Part shown: positions 1 to 12,200 of the stretch, in pieces
How the letters are laid out: every line of letters starts with the position of its first letter
Numbering within the stretch: the first letter of the stretch is position 1
Origin: Porphyridium purpureum
Lineage: Eukaryota
Assembly: GCA_008690995.1 (NCBI GenBank)
Contig: VRMN01000003.1
Location: forward strand, 434,001 to 498,000
Direction of reading: 5' to 3'
DNA length: 64,000 nucleotides
Notes under the pieces: model-generated
Databases searched by the model: none
What the model saw: the letters and a program-made list of their open reading frames with translations, nothing else
Told to the model about the DNA's origin: nothing
Translations under genes and position numbers: made by a program

Positions 1-740
1 TCATCGTCAAACACATTGTCAAACAGACCGTCGGTGGCAACAATCACCCAGTCACCCTTGCGCACGCGCTGGTTCACATTCTGACCCATCTGGACCGAAT
101 CGGAGCTGTCTGAACCCAGTTGGTAAGGACAGTTAAAGAAATGCTGTTGCTCCTTCGTGCGCCACATCAACTTGCCATCACGAACAATGCGCACACCAGA
201 ATCGCCGAGGTTGATTCCGTTCATCCTGCCCGATTCCTCCATTCCCACGACGCACGCGGTGCTCGCACCGACCAGCGTGTTTGCCTCGGCAGCGTCAATC
301 AGACTTTTTACGCTCAGCTTGACACCGTTCTCCTGAACATTATTGAGAGTCAGCAAAGCAAGGTTCTGCGAATAGAGACGCGGATCCACGCCATTCACGG
401 CAGCGCCTCCCACACCGTCAAACACACCCACCGAGTTGCCTTCAATATAGAACGCGTCCTCGCCCGTCTGCTTTTCCGGATGCGCCAGAAAGGCATAGCC
501 GACATCAAAGTACAGCGGCGGCGGTGGCGGACCGTCCTTGGAGATGAACGGGATCTTGAAATTCCCGATCATGTTCAGTTCCGTCGAGGCCGCGCGACCA
601 CGCGCGCGGTGCGATCGCACGCTTCGTGCGCGAGCCGCGCCATCTGCTCCATGATTCCTCCTCAGCCGGGCGCCGCAAACAGATCTCGTCCCGCTGAACT
701 GGTCCACCAGAGGCACGGACGGAACAAACAGCGTCGCCAT
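1..740 (-). CDS. PTC7: PP2C-family phosphatase, PTC7-like, probably plastid-targeted (3' end runs off the window)
   Basis: My translation of the minus strand (not in the ORF track) starts at ATG 740-738 with MATLFVPSVPL..., a transit-peptide-like N-terminus. It contains HPEKQTGEDAF, GVFDGVGG, NLGDSG, EQQHFFNCPYQLG and DWVIVATDGLFDNVFDD, which are PTC7/PPTC7 motifs. The frame is open to position 1. Confidence 0.9.
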   Translation of the reverse strand, partial: MATLFVPSVPLVDQFSGTRSVCGARLRRNHGADGAARARSVRSHRARGRAASTELNMIGNFKIPFISKDGPPPPPLYFDVGYAFLAHPEKQTGEDAFYIEGNSVGVFDGVGGAAVNGVDPRLYSQNLALLTLNNVQENGVKLSVKSLIDAAEANTLVGASTACVVGMEESGRMNGINLGDSGVRIVRDGKLMWRTKEQQHFFNCPYQLGSDSSDSVQMGQNVNQRVRKGDWVIVATDGLFDNVFDD

Positions 741-767
741 CGCAATTTCCAATCTCGTTCTTCTTGT

Positions 768-794
768 CGTCCCGCGTCCCGCGTCCCGCGTCCC
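768..794. repeat. short 7-bp tandem repeat (GCGTCCC)~3.8 upstream of PTC7
   Basis: cgtccc gcgtccc gcgtccc gcgtccc, read directly from the sequence. Confidence 0.7.
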
Positions 795-1022
795 ACACCC
801 CACCCTCCTGCACGTGCTTCCAACCCGAAGGAATCTCGCCCTACTTCTCCACCAGCATCTCCGATTTTCAAAACACGCCCTTAAAAAATCTAATGGGAAA
901 CTGTACTCACTGTACATAAACAATTTCGAGCTTACGCCAAATAAGCAGTCCTTCTCGGCGTTTACTGTACAGCTCGACGAAGCTGGTGTCGGCGCTGCGG
1001 GTTCGCCACAAGGTCACTCGGT

Positions 1023-3836
1023 CTAATCCAGTTCCTCGCTTCCCGAACTGGCTCCGTCATCGAGATCCTCGCCTCCATCTTCTCCCACGTCTGCGTCTAT
1101 GTCTCCGTCCAGCTCGCCCATTTCAGTCTGTGCTACGATGGCAATGTCTGTCACCGTCTCGTTGGCAGCAACCGATTGCACTAAGCAGCCCTTCGCCATG
1201 CGGCCTAATATCGGAATGGAGTCGAGCTCCTGGCGGTTGATGGTACCATTGCTCGTGATGATCATAATCTGGTCTCCCTGCTTGCACGAACGCAAGCCCA
1301 CGACGCGCGCGTCCGTTTTCTTGGTCGGAAGCGCAATCACTCCGCCGCCGCCGCGGAGCTGTAGCTTGAAGTTTTTGGCCATGACGCGTTTGCCGCGCCC
1401 GTCAGATGCGATCATGATCAGCACAGATTCACTGTTGTCTGCAGCTGAAATGATATCCATATCCACAATCTCGTCGTGCTCGGAAATTCTCATCGACCTG
1501 ACGCCTCGTGCCCACCGGCCCATGCTGCGCAGCGATTTCGGAGAGCACGAGAAGCGAATGACCTTACCGGCTCGCGAAGAGACAATAATGGAGTCCTCGT
1601 CCTCGCACTTGCGAACCCAGCCCAACTGATCTCCGTCCGCAAATTGTATCGCACGCAACCCACGAATATTAACTCGCTCAAACACATCCAAGCGCGTCTT
1701 TTTCACCAGACCCTTCTTAGTCAGCAACACGATGGACGAATTTTCCTCAAACGCGGAAACCGGAAGCAACGACGCTACGCTCTCACCCGCCGGCACACCC
1801 GGAATCAAGCGGGACAGGGGTAGCCCACGTGATGAGCGCGAGCCCGCGGGGACCTTGTACGCGGGAAGCTTGTACGCAATGCCGAGATTGCTAAACACTA
1901 AAATATCGTCGTGGTCCCGGCAGTAACAAAAGTGCTCCACAATGTCGTCCCCCTTGAGCTTTGAAATGCCTGCCTTACCCGCCGTCCTGCGACGTTGCGA
2001 TTTAAACACATCTAGTGGCATGCGCTTGATGAATCCATACTTCGTCATGAGCACCACCGATTCATTGTTCGGAATCAGTGCAAGATCGTCAATGCTGCCT
2101 TCATCCACTGCGATCTCCGTGCGGCGCGGCTGCGAGCATGTCTTGGCAATCTCCTCCATCTCTTCAATAAGCACACCCTCCAGAAGGTGGCGATTCTGCA
2201 GCAGCGAGTCAAGGGAAGCCATCGACTCCTGCAACTCTTTTGACTCCAGCTCGAGCCGCTTACGCTCCATGCTTGTAAGTCGGCGCAGTTGCATGGATAA
2301 AATCGCCTCTGCTTGCGCTTCACTCAAGCCAAATTTTTCAGAAAGGCCCATCCGCGCTTCCGCGGCGTTGGTACTGGACCGGATCGTTTCTATCACGCCC
2401 GAAGTGTTTTCCGCAGAGATCATGAATCCCTGAACAATGTGGTACCTTTCGCGGGCTCGTTGGAGCAAAAACTTTGTGCGGCGCTTCAAAACCTGAATGC
2501 GGAATTCAGTAAATTCTGTCAAATAGTCCCGGAGCGTCAGTCGGCGAGGCCGACGCTTGTCGTCCAGCGCCAACACATTCGCACTGAAGTTCACCTGCAT
2601 TGAAGTCTTCTTCAGCATATTATTCACGACGACTTCAGGAAGTTGATCCTTTTTCAATTCGATGACAACTCGCATACCGCTCCGGTCCGATTCATCCCGA
2701 AGGTCAGCAATGCCATCTAACTTGCGGTCATTGACCAGCTCTGCGATGCGTTCAACTAGGCTGGCCTTTTGAACCTGGTACGGCAGTTCGGTAATAATGA
2801 TGGCATCGCGTACCATCTTCTTGTCGCGTGAAATCTTTTCAAAATGATATGAACTCCTCAGTGGTATGCTACCGCGTCCGGTCATGTACATTTCCCGCAC
2901 GCCAGACAATCCCATTATTTTACCTCCGGTGGGAAAATCTGGTCCAGGGCACTTCTCCAGCAGCTCCACGTCGCTCATTCTCGGGTCCCGAATTAAAGCT
3001 ACACACGCGGCGACCAACTCACCCAGATTATGTGGTGGAATATTCGTTGCCATACCGACAGCTATCCCTGTCGATCCGTTGAGGAACAAGTTCGGTACAC
3101 GGGCTGGTAGCACAAGCGGCTCGGTCTCGCTATTGTCAAAATTCGGAATCATGTCGACCGTTTCCAAGCCCAAGTCGGCGAGTAGTGCGTCACGGCTCAT
3201 GGCAGTCAGTCTGCACTCCGTGTAGCGCATAGCGGCTGGTGGATCGCCGTCTACGGATCCAAAATTCCCGTGCCCGTCCACCAGCGGCACAGACATGGAG
3301 AACGATTGGGACATGCGAACCAGAGCGTCATACACTGCGGTATCTCCGTGAGGATGAAACTTTCCGAGAACTTCACCGACGACGCGAGCACACTTGCGAT
3401 GCTGTGTGGATGGCTGCAAGCCTAGGCCGTTCATTGCATAGACGATCCTGCGATGTACTGGTTTGAGCCCGTCACGTAAGTCTGGAAGCGCACGCCCCAA
3501 AATGACGCTCATGGCATACTCCATGTACGACTGGCTGATTTCTGAATGCAGCTCTGCCGTGCCCGTTACGCCTCGCGCAAGGACGGCAACCCCCGCGCCT
3601 TCACCTCCGTCACCCTCAGCACCATCTTCAAATGACCCAGGAAGCTCTTCATCGATCTCTCCATCTCCTGCCCGTTCGTGCACCTGCGTCAATGCGCGAG
3701 TGCGAGCGCTCGCGCGCCCGAGCGCATGCACGCGCGAACACGCATTGACGCGGTCGCTGGGCCGGCATGCACTCTGCTTCTTCGAACCTGCGCCGCACGT
3801 CAAGTTCGGCACGAATGCAGTATAGTTGGCCTCCAT
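1023..3836 (-). CDS. gyrA: DNA gyrase subunit A, nuclear-encoded and organelle-targeted
   Basis: [36 protein letters not shown], catalytic [21 protein letters not shown] and C-terminal beta-pinwheel repeats with GyrA-box-like QRRRTAGK. First in-frame ATG is at 3836 ([10 protein letters not shown]..., transit-peptide-like). Confidence 0.97.
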   Translation of the reverse strand: MEANYTAFVPNLTCGAGSKKQSACRPSDRVNACSRVHALGRASARTRALTQVHERAGDGEIDEELPGSFEDGAEGDGGEGAGVAVLARGVTGTAELHSEISQSYMEYAMSVILGRALPDLRDGLKPVHRRIVYAMNGLGLQPSTQHRKCARVVGEVLGKFHPHGDTAVYDALVRMSQSFSMSVPLVDGHGNFGSVDGDPPAAMRYTECRLTAMSRDALLADLGLETVDMIPNFDNSETEPLVLPARVPNLFLNGSTGIAVGMATNIPPHNLGELVAACVALIRDPRMSDVELLEKCPGPDFPTGGKIMGLSGVREMYMTGRGSIPLRSSYHFEKISRDKKMVRDAIIITELPYQVQKASLVERIAELVNDRKLDGIADLRDESDRSGMRVVIELKKDQLPEVVVNNMLKKTSMQVNFSANVLALDDKRRPRRLTLRDYLTEFTEFRIQVLKRRTKFLLQRARERYHIVQGFMISAENTSGVIETIRSSTNAAEARMGLSEKFGLSEAQAEAILSMQLRRLTSMERKRLELESKELQESMASLDSLLQNRHLLEGVLIEEMEEIAKTCSQPRRTEIAVDEGSIDDLALIPNNESVVLMTKYGFIKRMPLDVFKSQRRRTAGKAGISKLKGDDIVEHFCYCRDHDDILVFSNLGIAYKLPAYKVPAGSRSSRGLPLSRLIPGVPAGESVASLLPVSAFEENSSIVLLTKKGLVKKTRLDVFERVNIRGLRAIQFADGDQLGWVRKCEDEDSIIVSSRAGKVIRFSCSPKSLRSMGRWARGVRSMRISEHDEIVDMDIISAADNSESVLIMIASDGRGKRVMAKNFKLQLRGGGGVIALPTKKTDARVVGLRSCKQGDQIMIITSNGTINRQELDSIPILGRMAKGCLVQSVAANETVTDIAIVAQTEMGELDGDIDADVGEDGGEDLDDGASSGSEELD

Positions 3837-4234
3837 TCCCCCGCGCCCACGCCAACCGCTTGACCCGGTAAGCTTCGCGACGTCCACCAAGCAGTTACCG
3901 TCACGTCCCCATCCGCCGCCCGCGCGCTCATCCCCTCCGGTGCGGACCGTGAAGCTCAACCGACAAACCGTTCACACAGTACCGCGCTGTACCTCCACAC
4001 AAGATGAGCTGTACTTACACTGTACTATTTAGGAGTGTTTGTCCTAGACGTGCTGGCACATTGAAAGAGGCTAAACGCGATCGTTTGCATATGCTTGCTT
4101 AGTCCGCAAGGGGACTGAACGCGTGTTGATTGGCAAGAAGCAAGGCAAGAAGTTGGACCTCAAGAGCGTGAGGGGCGAGAGACTAGGCGTGACGAGACGA
4201 AGAGCGGCAGCCGCGTTCCGCGGAGAAGCGCGTG

Positions 4235-5095
4235 ATGGAGTTGGGCTTCCTGGATCGGCCGCACGGCGCTGGCGGGGTCCGCGTGACGGGCGCGGCGCTT
4301 GTGGACGAGCTGGGCTATTCGCTGGGCTGCGATCGGATGCATCCGACTGGGGCGCCAGTTTTGACTGCGCCTCCCGGCGACGCGCCGGCCTCGTTTTTGA
4401 CTGAAGCCTTTCGCGGACAGGACGACCATGCGCTGAAGTTTTTGCACGGAACGACCACACTCGCTTTCGTCTTTCAGGGTGGCGTAGTCGTCGCAGTGGA
4501 CTCGCGCGCAAGTATGGGCCAGTACATCGGATCGGGCTCCGTGAGGAAAATCATCGAAATCAATCCCTACTTGCTGGGCACGATGGCAGGAGGTGCGGCC
4601 GATTGCTCATTCTGGGAACGAGATCTGGGCAGAAGATGCAGGCTGTACGAGCTCCGAAACAAGGAGAGGATTTCTGTCGCCGCGGCATCGAAGTTGTTGG
4701 CAAACACCGTGTATGGGTACAAGGGCATGGGGCTCAGTATGGGGACAATGATCACGGGCTGGGATAAGACCGGCCCGAACTTGTTCTACGTGGACAATGA
4801 TGGTACCCGATTGAAGGGACACAAGTTCTCGGTCGGCTCAGGCTCAACATATGCGTACGGGGTACTGGACCAAGGGTATCACTGGGATCTGACGGTTGAA
4901 GACGCCCTCGAGCTTGGCAGGCGGTCAATTTTCCACGCCACTCATCGCGACGCCGCGTCGGGAGGTTTCATCAACGTTTACCACGTGAAAGAAGACGGAT
5001 GGGTCAACATTAGCCATGAGGATAGCGGTATGACAAAGTACTACGAGTACAAGGCACAATCCGCAGCTGTAGATTCTACCGCGATGGAGTCGTGA
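4235..5095 (+). CDS. PSMB5: 20S proteasome subunit beta type-5
   Basis: Propeptide followed by LHG|TTTLAF, then [27 protein letters not shown] and HRDAASGG. Confidence 0.97.
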   Translation: MELGFLDRPHGAGGVRVTGAALVDELGYSLGCDRMHPTGAPVLTAPPGDAPASFLTEAFRGQDDHALKFLHGTTTLAFVFQGGVVVAVDSRASMGQYIGSGSVRKIIEINPYLLGTMAGGAADCSFWERDLGRRCRLYELRNKERISVAAASKLLANTVYGYKGMGLSMGTMITGWDKTGPNLFYVDNDGTRLKGHKFSVGSGSTYAYGVLDQGYHWDLTVEDALELGRRSIFHATHRDAASGGFINVYHVKEDGWVNISHEDSGMTKYYEYKAQSAAVDSTAMES

Positions 5096-5550
5096 ACGCG
5101 CTGAAGGCCTATCTGAGTGTGCTAGTGCAAGGTTCTTAAAATCAAAGTCGCTTTCTCTGTAATGAATTTGTTTAAGTATGCTTCCTTGTCCACAACTCCG
5201 AATCTTGCGGACGATCCTCCACACGCCTTTACGCCTCTGCGACCCACTGAAGAACTTCTTCGAGGCAAATTTCCGGGCGCTCCGGCACAATCGTGACATC
5301 CCCATGTCGCACCGTCTGCCAAAAGTGATCGTCACGAGGCAGATTTCTTTTGCAGACCCGCTCGGGAACGCATATTGTATGTGGGGGAAGATGGTTGCGC
5401 GTGCCTTAGACCTCTAACTGACGGCCGTCTGAGAGCGGCGGACGTCCTCGAAGCCGAAGAGTCTACACGAATGCGCTCCGCTGAAATAGATTTCGTCGCG
5501 TACGACCAGATACAATATTGAGACGAACAGAAAGGCGGGCGGCCCCGAGT

Positions 5551-5892
5551 TTACTTGGCGGCCTTCTGGCTCTTCAACACCTTCTTCACGATCTTCTGCT
5601 CCTCAATCAAAAACGCGCGGACAATTCTGTCGCGGACGGCTTTCCCGCTGAGGTGTCCGCCGTACACTCGGGACACGTTCTTCTTCGGCCGGGACATGCG
5701 CATCTTCTCTGCCGGCCGTGCTGACTTGATGCCATTGAGTCTCTCGCCCGTGTCGCCACACACCGGCGTCTTGCCGCGCTTGACGTGGTAGTGAACCACG
5801 AGCTTGGCGCCCGGCGTCTTAACTTTCTTGATGCGGTTGCTCTTTGTCGCGTACGAGTGACGGCGACGTAAGGTCACGCGCTTGTCCGCCAT
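5551..5892 (-). CDS. RPL34: 60S ribosomal protein L34 (eL34)
   Basis: [26 protein letters not shown] and [16 protein letters not shown]. Confidence 0.97.
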   Translation of the reverse strand: MADKRVTLRRRHSYATKSNRIKKVKTPGAKLVVHYHVKRGKTPVCGDTGERLNGIKSARPAEKMRMSRPKKNVSRVYGGHLSGKAVRDRIVRAFLIEEQKIVKKVLKSQKAAK

Positions 5893-6222
5893 CTTACTAT
5901 CTCACAGGCCTCGCCGCTTGATCTGCTGCTCCCCCCTTCCCAAAGAATCACCAGACAGGCAGCCCTGCACATCTACCTCTCGCCAACGACACTTCAGCCT
6001 CTCTTATCTCTGTGTGCAATCGGCGCCCTTTTCTTAGAATGAAGGCCCGCACTCTCTCATCAAACTGGGCTGTTCTCGGGAGTCGAACCACCGCCGGCGC
6101 GCCTGGGTGTCAATCACTGTACCCAGGCACTGAACGTTGGTCTGTGCGCGGCACCACAGAACCCTTAACCTAACCCTGCGCCACGGTTAGCTTCAGGGTT
6201 TTAAAAGAGGTACACTACCGTC

Positions 6223-9200
6223 ATGGGTGTACAGCAATGCGGCACTTCACAACTTGCCACAACACGAAACTTTCCGACTCGTGCGCTGTCGAACGGAGCG
6301 TTCAAACCGGCGCTTGTGCTCTTGTGCTGCTTGTGTTGCGGAACGCGAACGAGTGTTCCGGCGCATTGCCAAGGAGCACGCACGCGCTTTCTCGTGAGCA
6401 CAGGCTCACCACCTGCGGAGTTTCGTGCGGAGTTGAATGTGCGTCCCATTGAAGTCATGACTGAGCCGCGGGCGGCTCAAGCTCCAGGCGTCGGCGGGCT
6501 TCATCCAACACCTGCGGCGTTTGGAATAAAGCCGCTGAAGGGCGCCGACACAATGTCGACGTCTGATACTTCTGACTTGACCGGAGAGATTTTCATGACA
6601 CCACGTGCCGAAAAGCCCAAATCGACACGTTTCCGTGCAGGAATTTCGGAAGGAACCAGCGGTGCACATCCTTCCGGCGCGGGCAATTCGGTGCTATCGC
6701 CCGGCAAGCGCAGTGTGAAGAGTCGAAGCGGTGCAGATTCGGCGAGTATACACCACGACGTCGAACGAGTACACGCCGATGCAGATTCACTTTCCAATCC
6801 CGGCCCAAGGTCAGGAAACTCAAGTACGTTTACCAAACGGTCGAAGGGCAAGCACGCACCTCACGCATTGAAGAAGGCAAAAGCCGGCGACAAGTCGGGA
6901 TCACTATCCGCGAGCAAAAGTGTCACAGGTGAGAGGCCTTCAGCAGGAGAGACCACCGCGCCCTTTGGTGGTGTTCCAATTTCTGATGGGATCCTCTTAA
7001 TGCGTGCTGTCGTCGATCGCGTACAAAGAGAGGCACTCGAGCTCATCAAGGACCTCATTCCAAGAGAAGACAGGAGGGTTCTTGGTCTTGATGGCACGAA
7101 CACAACACCAAGTGAAAGCCGGAACTTTGCAGATACTTCGCGACCAGAAGCGGGGATCGGACAATTTCTTGGAGCGCGGCTCTTGGGCGGGGCGCACGCT
7201 TCAGCGGGCGGGATAGTAGCTGGAGTTATGCCGGTCGCAGGCGCCGGTGTGAACACCGCAGGCGTAGGGGCGCAGGGTCAGACGACTCAAACAAAGGATT
7301 CGAACGTTTCTAGTACTGCTGCCCCAAACTCAGCGGGTGCAAAAGACTTGGGCTATCAGGTGTTGTCCGATGTTTTGCCTGTTAGAATAGATCCCCTCTT
7401 TTCGTCTGGTGAGGCGCGTTTTCCGTCGTCGCTCGGCGCTTGCTCCCAATTCAGGACGGACCGGTTCAGTGGCACACAGCAGTGGTCCTTGGACATCGAG
7501 ACTTCCTCCGGACGGCCGCGCTCCTTCATCGACTTGCTTCTGGTGTGCTCGCAGATTGAGGCTGGGAATGAGATCATTTGGGACAATCTACTTCGACTGC
7601 TGCATTGGCGCGAATTCATTCTGTTTTCAGATTCTGCTGATCTTGTCGGCCGCCAACACTCTTTTTCTTCCTTTGCGAAAGTCGGGCGGGTGCAGAGCAC
7701 TTCAAAAATAAGGCCTGAAAGCTTGACAGCACTAGTTACACGTGCGACGTCCGGAAAGGTGACTGCTTTAGAGGAGGCGTGGTTGCGGATGCTTATAACA
7801 GTTGAGTTTGTTCTTAGCTACATTCTTATTGAGTTTCTGTACGCTCATCAAGGCCAGCTGAACGCTGGTGGGCTGTCTTTGAACAGTGGGTATCTTGGCA
7901 ACGGGAATCTTTCCACAGCTGATAATCGAGGAAGCGGGACTTTCACGGCAGATTCCCAACCCGTCGCACGGATGAGATCAATGATCCGATCGCACGCAAT
8001 TGCCTCAATCAAGATGTTTGGCGTGCCTTTTCGGGCGGTATCAACATGGGAAGAAGCGACGCTTCAGAATCAACGAATCATTGTGGAGATGTATGGTCGC
8101 ATTCTAGCATTCTTGGATTATCCCGGCTCGTACGCGTCGGGTGCCATCGAGTTCAAAGGCATTTTGGAACTCGAGTTGAAGAAATTGAGCAAGGTGACGC
8201 TAGCAGATGTGCAAGACACAGTGGGGCTTCCAAAGCTGCCCTTAAATCGTGCACTGGTGCACACGCCTTTCTTCAAAGCGGAAGAGAGCAAGCAGACACG
8301 AACATTGCGCGACTCCGTGCTACAGCTTGAAGTGCTCTATAACCTCAGATTTTGCAATTTAGGCTACGCACATGACCACCCGGACGACTCGGTCGCGCTT
8401 TTTCGTTTATTTTTAGGCCTCGTGTCATCGGTTCGCAAGCCTGAGGTGATGCTGGCACTTGCCGATGTTCTAATTGAGCTACTTGGCAGCATGGATCCTT
8501 CTGAAATTCCAGACTCGAATGGATGGGACCGAGTAATCACGGACCTCTTTCGGATGTTCTACACTCAAAAGATCCTTGCGTCGACGTACCCGGTGTGTGC
8601 TGCACTCTTGGCTTTCCAAAATGAAAGCTTCTACCTTGAGAACAGCAAGTTGTTTTTCAGGGAGTGTATGAGAATCATTGAGGTTCCCAAGTCAGGCAAG
8701 GCAAACCAGAGCCTCCGTTCAGGTGCTTTTCGCGCGCTCGCCGTGTTTTTCTTTTTTGACCTGAAGCGCTCAGTGCAACGGAACTGGTCACGAGTCTCGC
8801 AACGCGTAATGGACTTATTCGAACTCTTTTTGATTTCGAACAGCGGTACTTTGCTGATGGAGCCCGAAGGCCCTGAACTCATTGTGTCAGTGATGGAGTC
8901 ATTGTGCCGGTACGCTGATCACGACTTTCTCATGAACTTTTTTACCGCTCTGTTCGAAGCCCGTCACTGTCGTACGGAGTCCGTGACCATTGGACTGCGC
9001 GCATACTTGAATGTAATCGCTCTTGTTGAGGAGGAACGGGAGCTTGAATCGCGAGGCCGGAGCTCGAGTCGCCCACGGCAAAGTGGCGCTGTGGCTGCTG
9101 ACATGGAGCGTATCCTTGATCTAGGTGACGTATCCCGGGACATGGATAGTGAGCACGACAATAACAACTACAAAAACAACACACATGCGTCAAGGTCTTC

Positions 9201-12200
9201 CTTGGATCAAGTATCAACAAAGGACCATAATGCGCTTGATGCCACAACGAAAAGCGTGACTGGACAAGAGATTTCGAACGGACTCGTGAGTTCTGCGTAT
9301 TTGAGCGCGCGCGTGACGCGCATTCTTGTCGAAGCATCGCGCTTTGTGCGTTCGGAAGTCATTAGCTCCATCCAGTCTCATCGGTGGGAACAGCAAAATG
9401 AGCTTGAACGAGATGAAGGAGTGGCGCGCAACTACTCGCGCTTGCTTCTTGGCATTGAGTGCTGGACCCGAGCACTGCGATTGGTGCCAGGCGACGCCCT
9501 GGGATACCTCCATCCGCAGATGATTTGGCCTGGAAGCAAGTCGCTAATTTTGTCTTGGCTTGTTCACCCGAACCGCGATGTACGCACGTTAGCCTGCGAG
9601 CTCATTCAAATTTTGTTTCTGCGTTGTCGCGTCTTGCGCTCCAGCCTGTTGAGAGAAGTCACTGTGCTTGCGTTTGAACCTATTCTTTCTCTCATGCGCC
9701 CGGAGCCTGTCATTTTAAGCCCCATCATACGACTCGTGCGACAGCTTCTGGAGTACCAGAGCTTTTTCGTGTGGAAGCTCGGCTCTGAAGTGGTGGATAG
9801 AGATCCATTTGACTCGAGTACGCGCGAGCAGGGACGCTGGGACTCCGACACGAGCGTCATGAATCTCGTCGGCGGTCTGATTTTGCATTGCCTTTGTTCG
9901 CCTGACGTCGCTGTGAGAAACAGCGCCTCCGAGGCCCTTCATGGTCTATCTAAACTGCGAAACGTATTCCAGTTGAACAAGGTGAAAGACTTGAAGCCTT
10001 CTCTCTGGCGAACTTCTATTGCAGATTTTGCACGGTGCATACCCGTTCCATCTTCATCGACGACAGCCGCACCTACGATTGGCGATCAGCAGGACAAGGG
10101 GCGCATCGTGTCTGCTCTAGCACTGTCCGATGCGGATCGCGAGTGGAGACAGGTTCTAGTCCACTTTGTGTCAAGCTGCACAGCGGCAAAAGTTGCAGAG
10201 ATGCCCCCTGCAATTTCAATGACTTGGAACCAGATTCTAAGTAGTGTGCCTCGCATCGCGGCCTCGCTTCTTGATGCACCCAAAAAAACAGGCTATGGGG
10301 TCGCGAATTTGGAATTTGCCAAGAACCGCAACGCAAAAGTAGCGCCATGGTTTGTGCCTTACTGGACCTCGTATCTGCAGAATTATATATACTTTCTTTG
10401 CGCGGCCGCTCGGTGCACCGGCAGCGTGCAAGACGTGTACCGAGCGTTGCGAGCAGACACTGCAGATGCTCAGGAGGATTGCAACTGCCACATCAGCGGC
10501 GAAGCTGTCCGATCATTTCTGCAGCTCCTGATTCGAGCTTGGGGAGGAGGAGATGATCCGGATATACTGGACCTGCCAGAGGATGTGCGAAATATCATAC
10601 ACGGTGCTCTGTCGCTGGTCCACCCGTTTGCGGTCGATAGCTTATTTGCGGAACTCGATGCCGAACTTGAAACTCCTATCTTTCTCTTGGACGAAGCGGC
10701 ATCTCCCAGTCGCCATGCAACCAAAGATAAGAAGGCCGGACGGCTGAGACGCAATGAAGGTATACTGTACCAGATTGAGTACGTGTATATGGTCGTGGCA
10801 CGCCGCATGAGCACATGTGGCCTACTATTTACGCACAGTGCAACCCTGAAAAGCGTCGTGAAGCACGTGCGCCGTGTACTGCATTATTTCATGACGCGTC
10901 GCGGGCATGGTCTTGCGGACTTGAACGGGTCTACAACCGCCACTCCCAAGCACCCGCTGTACTTTCTCGAGTTGGTACAGATCCTGATCCATGATCAGAA
11001 TGAAAAAAGCCAAAGCCGCGTGGCCACGACGGCGGCGGAAGCACTGGACGTGAAAACACGCACAGGTCTTTTTGATCTACTCCACTCTTGGTTTTTCTCG
11101 GAGCATCGTTCTCGCTTCGTGAATGGTCCTCCAGTTAGTAAGGCCAGAAAGGAGTCGAGCCAGGCGAATTTGCAGTCATCTTGGGGACTCGACCAGGCGC
11201 CTTCTCATTTGGAAACGACAGGTTTGCTAGAGAAACTGACAGAGAGTTCGTCGCTCATTAAGTCTATGTCACTTTGCTTGATGGGTGGCAGTTGGCGTTC
11301 TGATCCAGATTTACTTATCGAAGCGTCAGAACCTCTCGTGCCTACAAGCAACGAGCTCAAAATCATTCAGTGGGCAACGGCAGTCTTCCAGTCCGGCATC
11401 AGTGCTGATATTGGTGCGGTACGTGCGGGTCTTATTGCTTATGTTCGCGCGACGCCTTTCTTCGGCAATCTCCTGATTGATTTGTGCTATCCTACACATG
11501 AAGGTGACAAGTCACGTCTAGCGGCGGTGCATTTCTTCATCACACTGTGCCAGATCATGCTCGTGAAATTGCAGAACATGCCCAAGCACGCGCGAAATAT
11601 GCACCATGCAGCCGAGTATGAATTTCACGCGAAGATCATGACAATGTGCCTGCTAGCACTTCTCGCGGATCGCACTGGTGCGTCGCTTCATCAAATCGCC
11701 GGCACGCATGTCAAAATTCTTGGGTTGCAGGTCCTTCAGCTTCTCTTCCAACACCACATGCATCCGCCAGAGGACGTAGGCGATTCGAGTCTCCAGCACG
11801 AGCGGCGTCTTGGGTTTGACTCGGTTTCTCAACTGGAGCGTGTGTCGTTTGTGCCGCGACTCATTGAGGAACTGGAGGAGGTAGTGGATGATTTGTGTGA
11901 CTTCTTGACGACGGAGCTCAAGTTTTTGGCCGTTTTCATCGCGCTTGAGATGATTACGCGTCTGCAACATTCATTTCTCGGGCACGAAGAAATTCGACGA
12001 GCAGTGCGTGCTCTGTCGCACTTTGTGCGCGTGCTCACGCCATCAACGCCGCAGATTGAAACCGTCACAAGACACCTCATGATGCTTTCGCTGAAGTATG
12101 CGAGCGAGAATACCTCGTCAATTCAAGACATCTGGATGGCTTACGCAGAAAAGTGCATCGCTGTCGGCATGTCTTTGGTGCTGGCTTGGACTGTGCAGTC

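Noticed and set aside
120..884. 254-aa plus-strand ORF
   Set aside because: It is the antisense shadow of the PTC7-like gene on the minus strand and has no recognisable motifs.
1023..3836. gyrA as bacterial contamination or recent HGT
   Set aside because: It is flanked by eukaryotic genes and carries a transit-peptide-like leader; nuclear-encoded organellar gyrase is normal in Archaeplastida.
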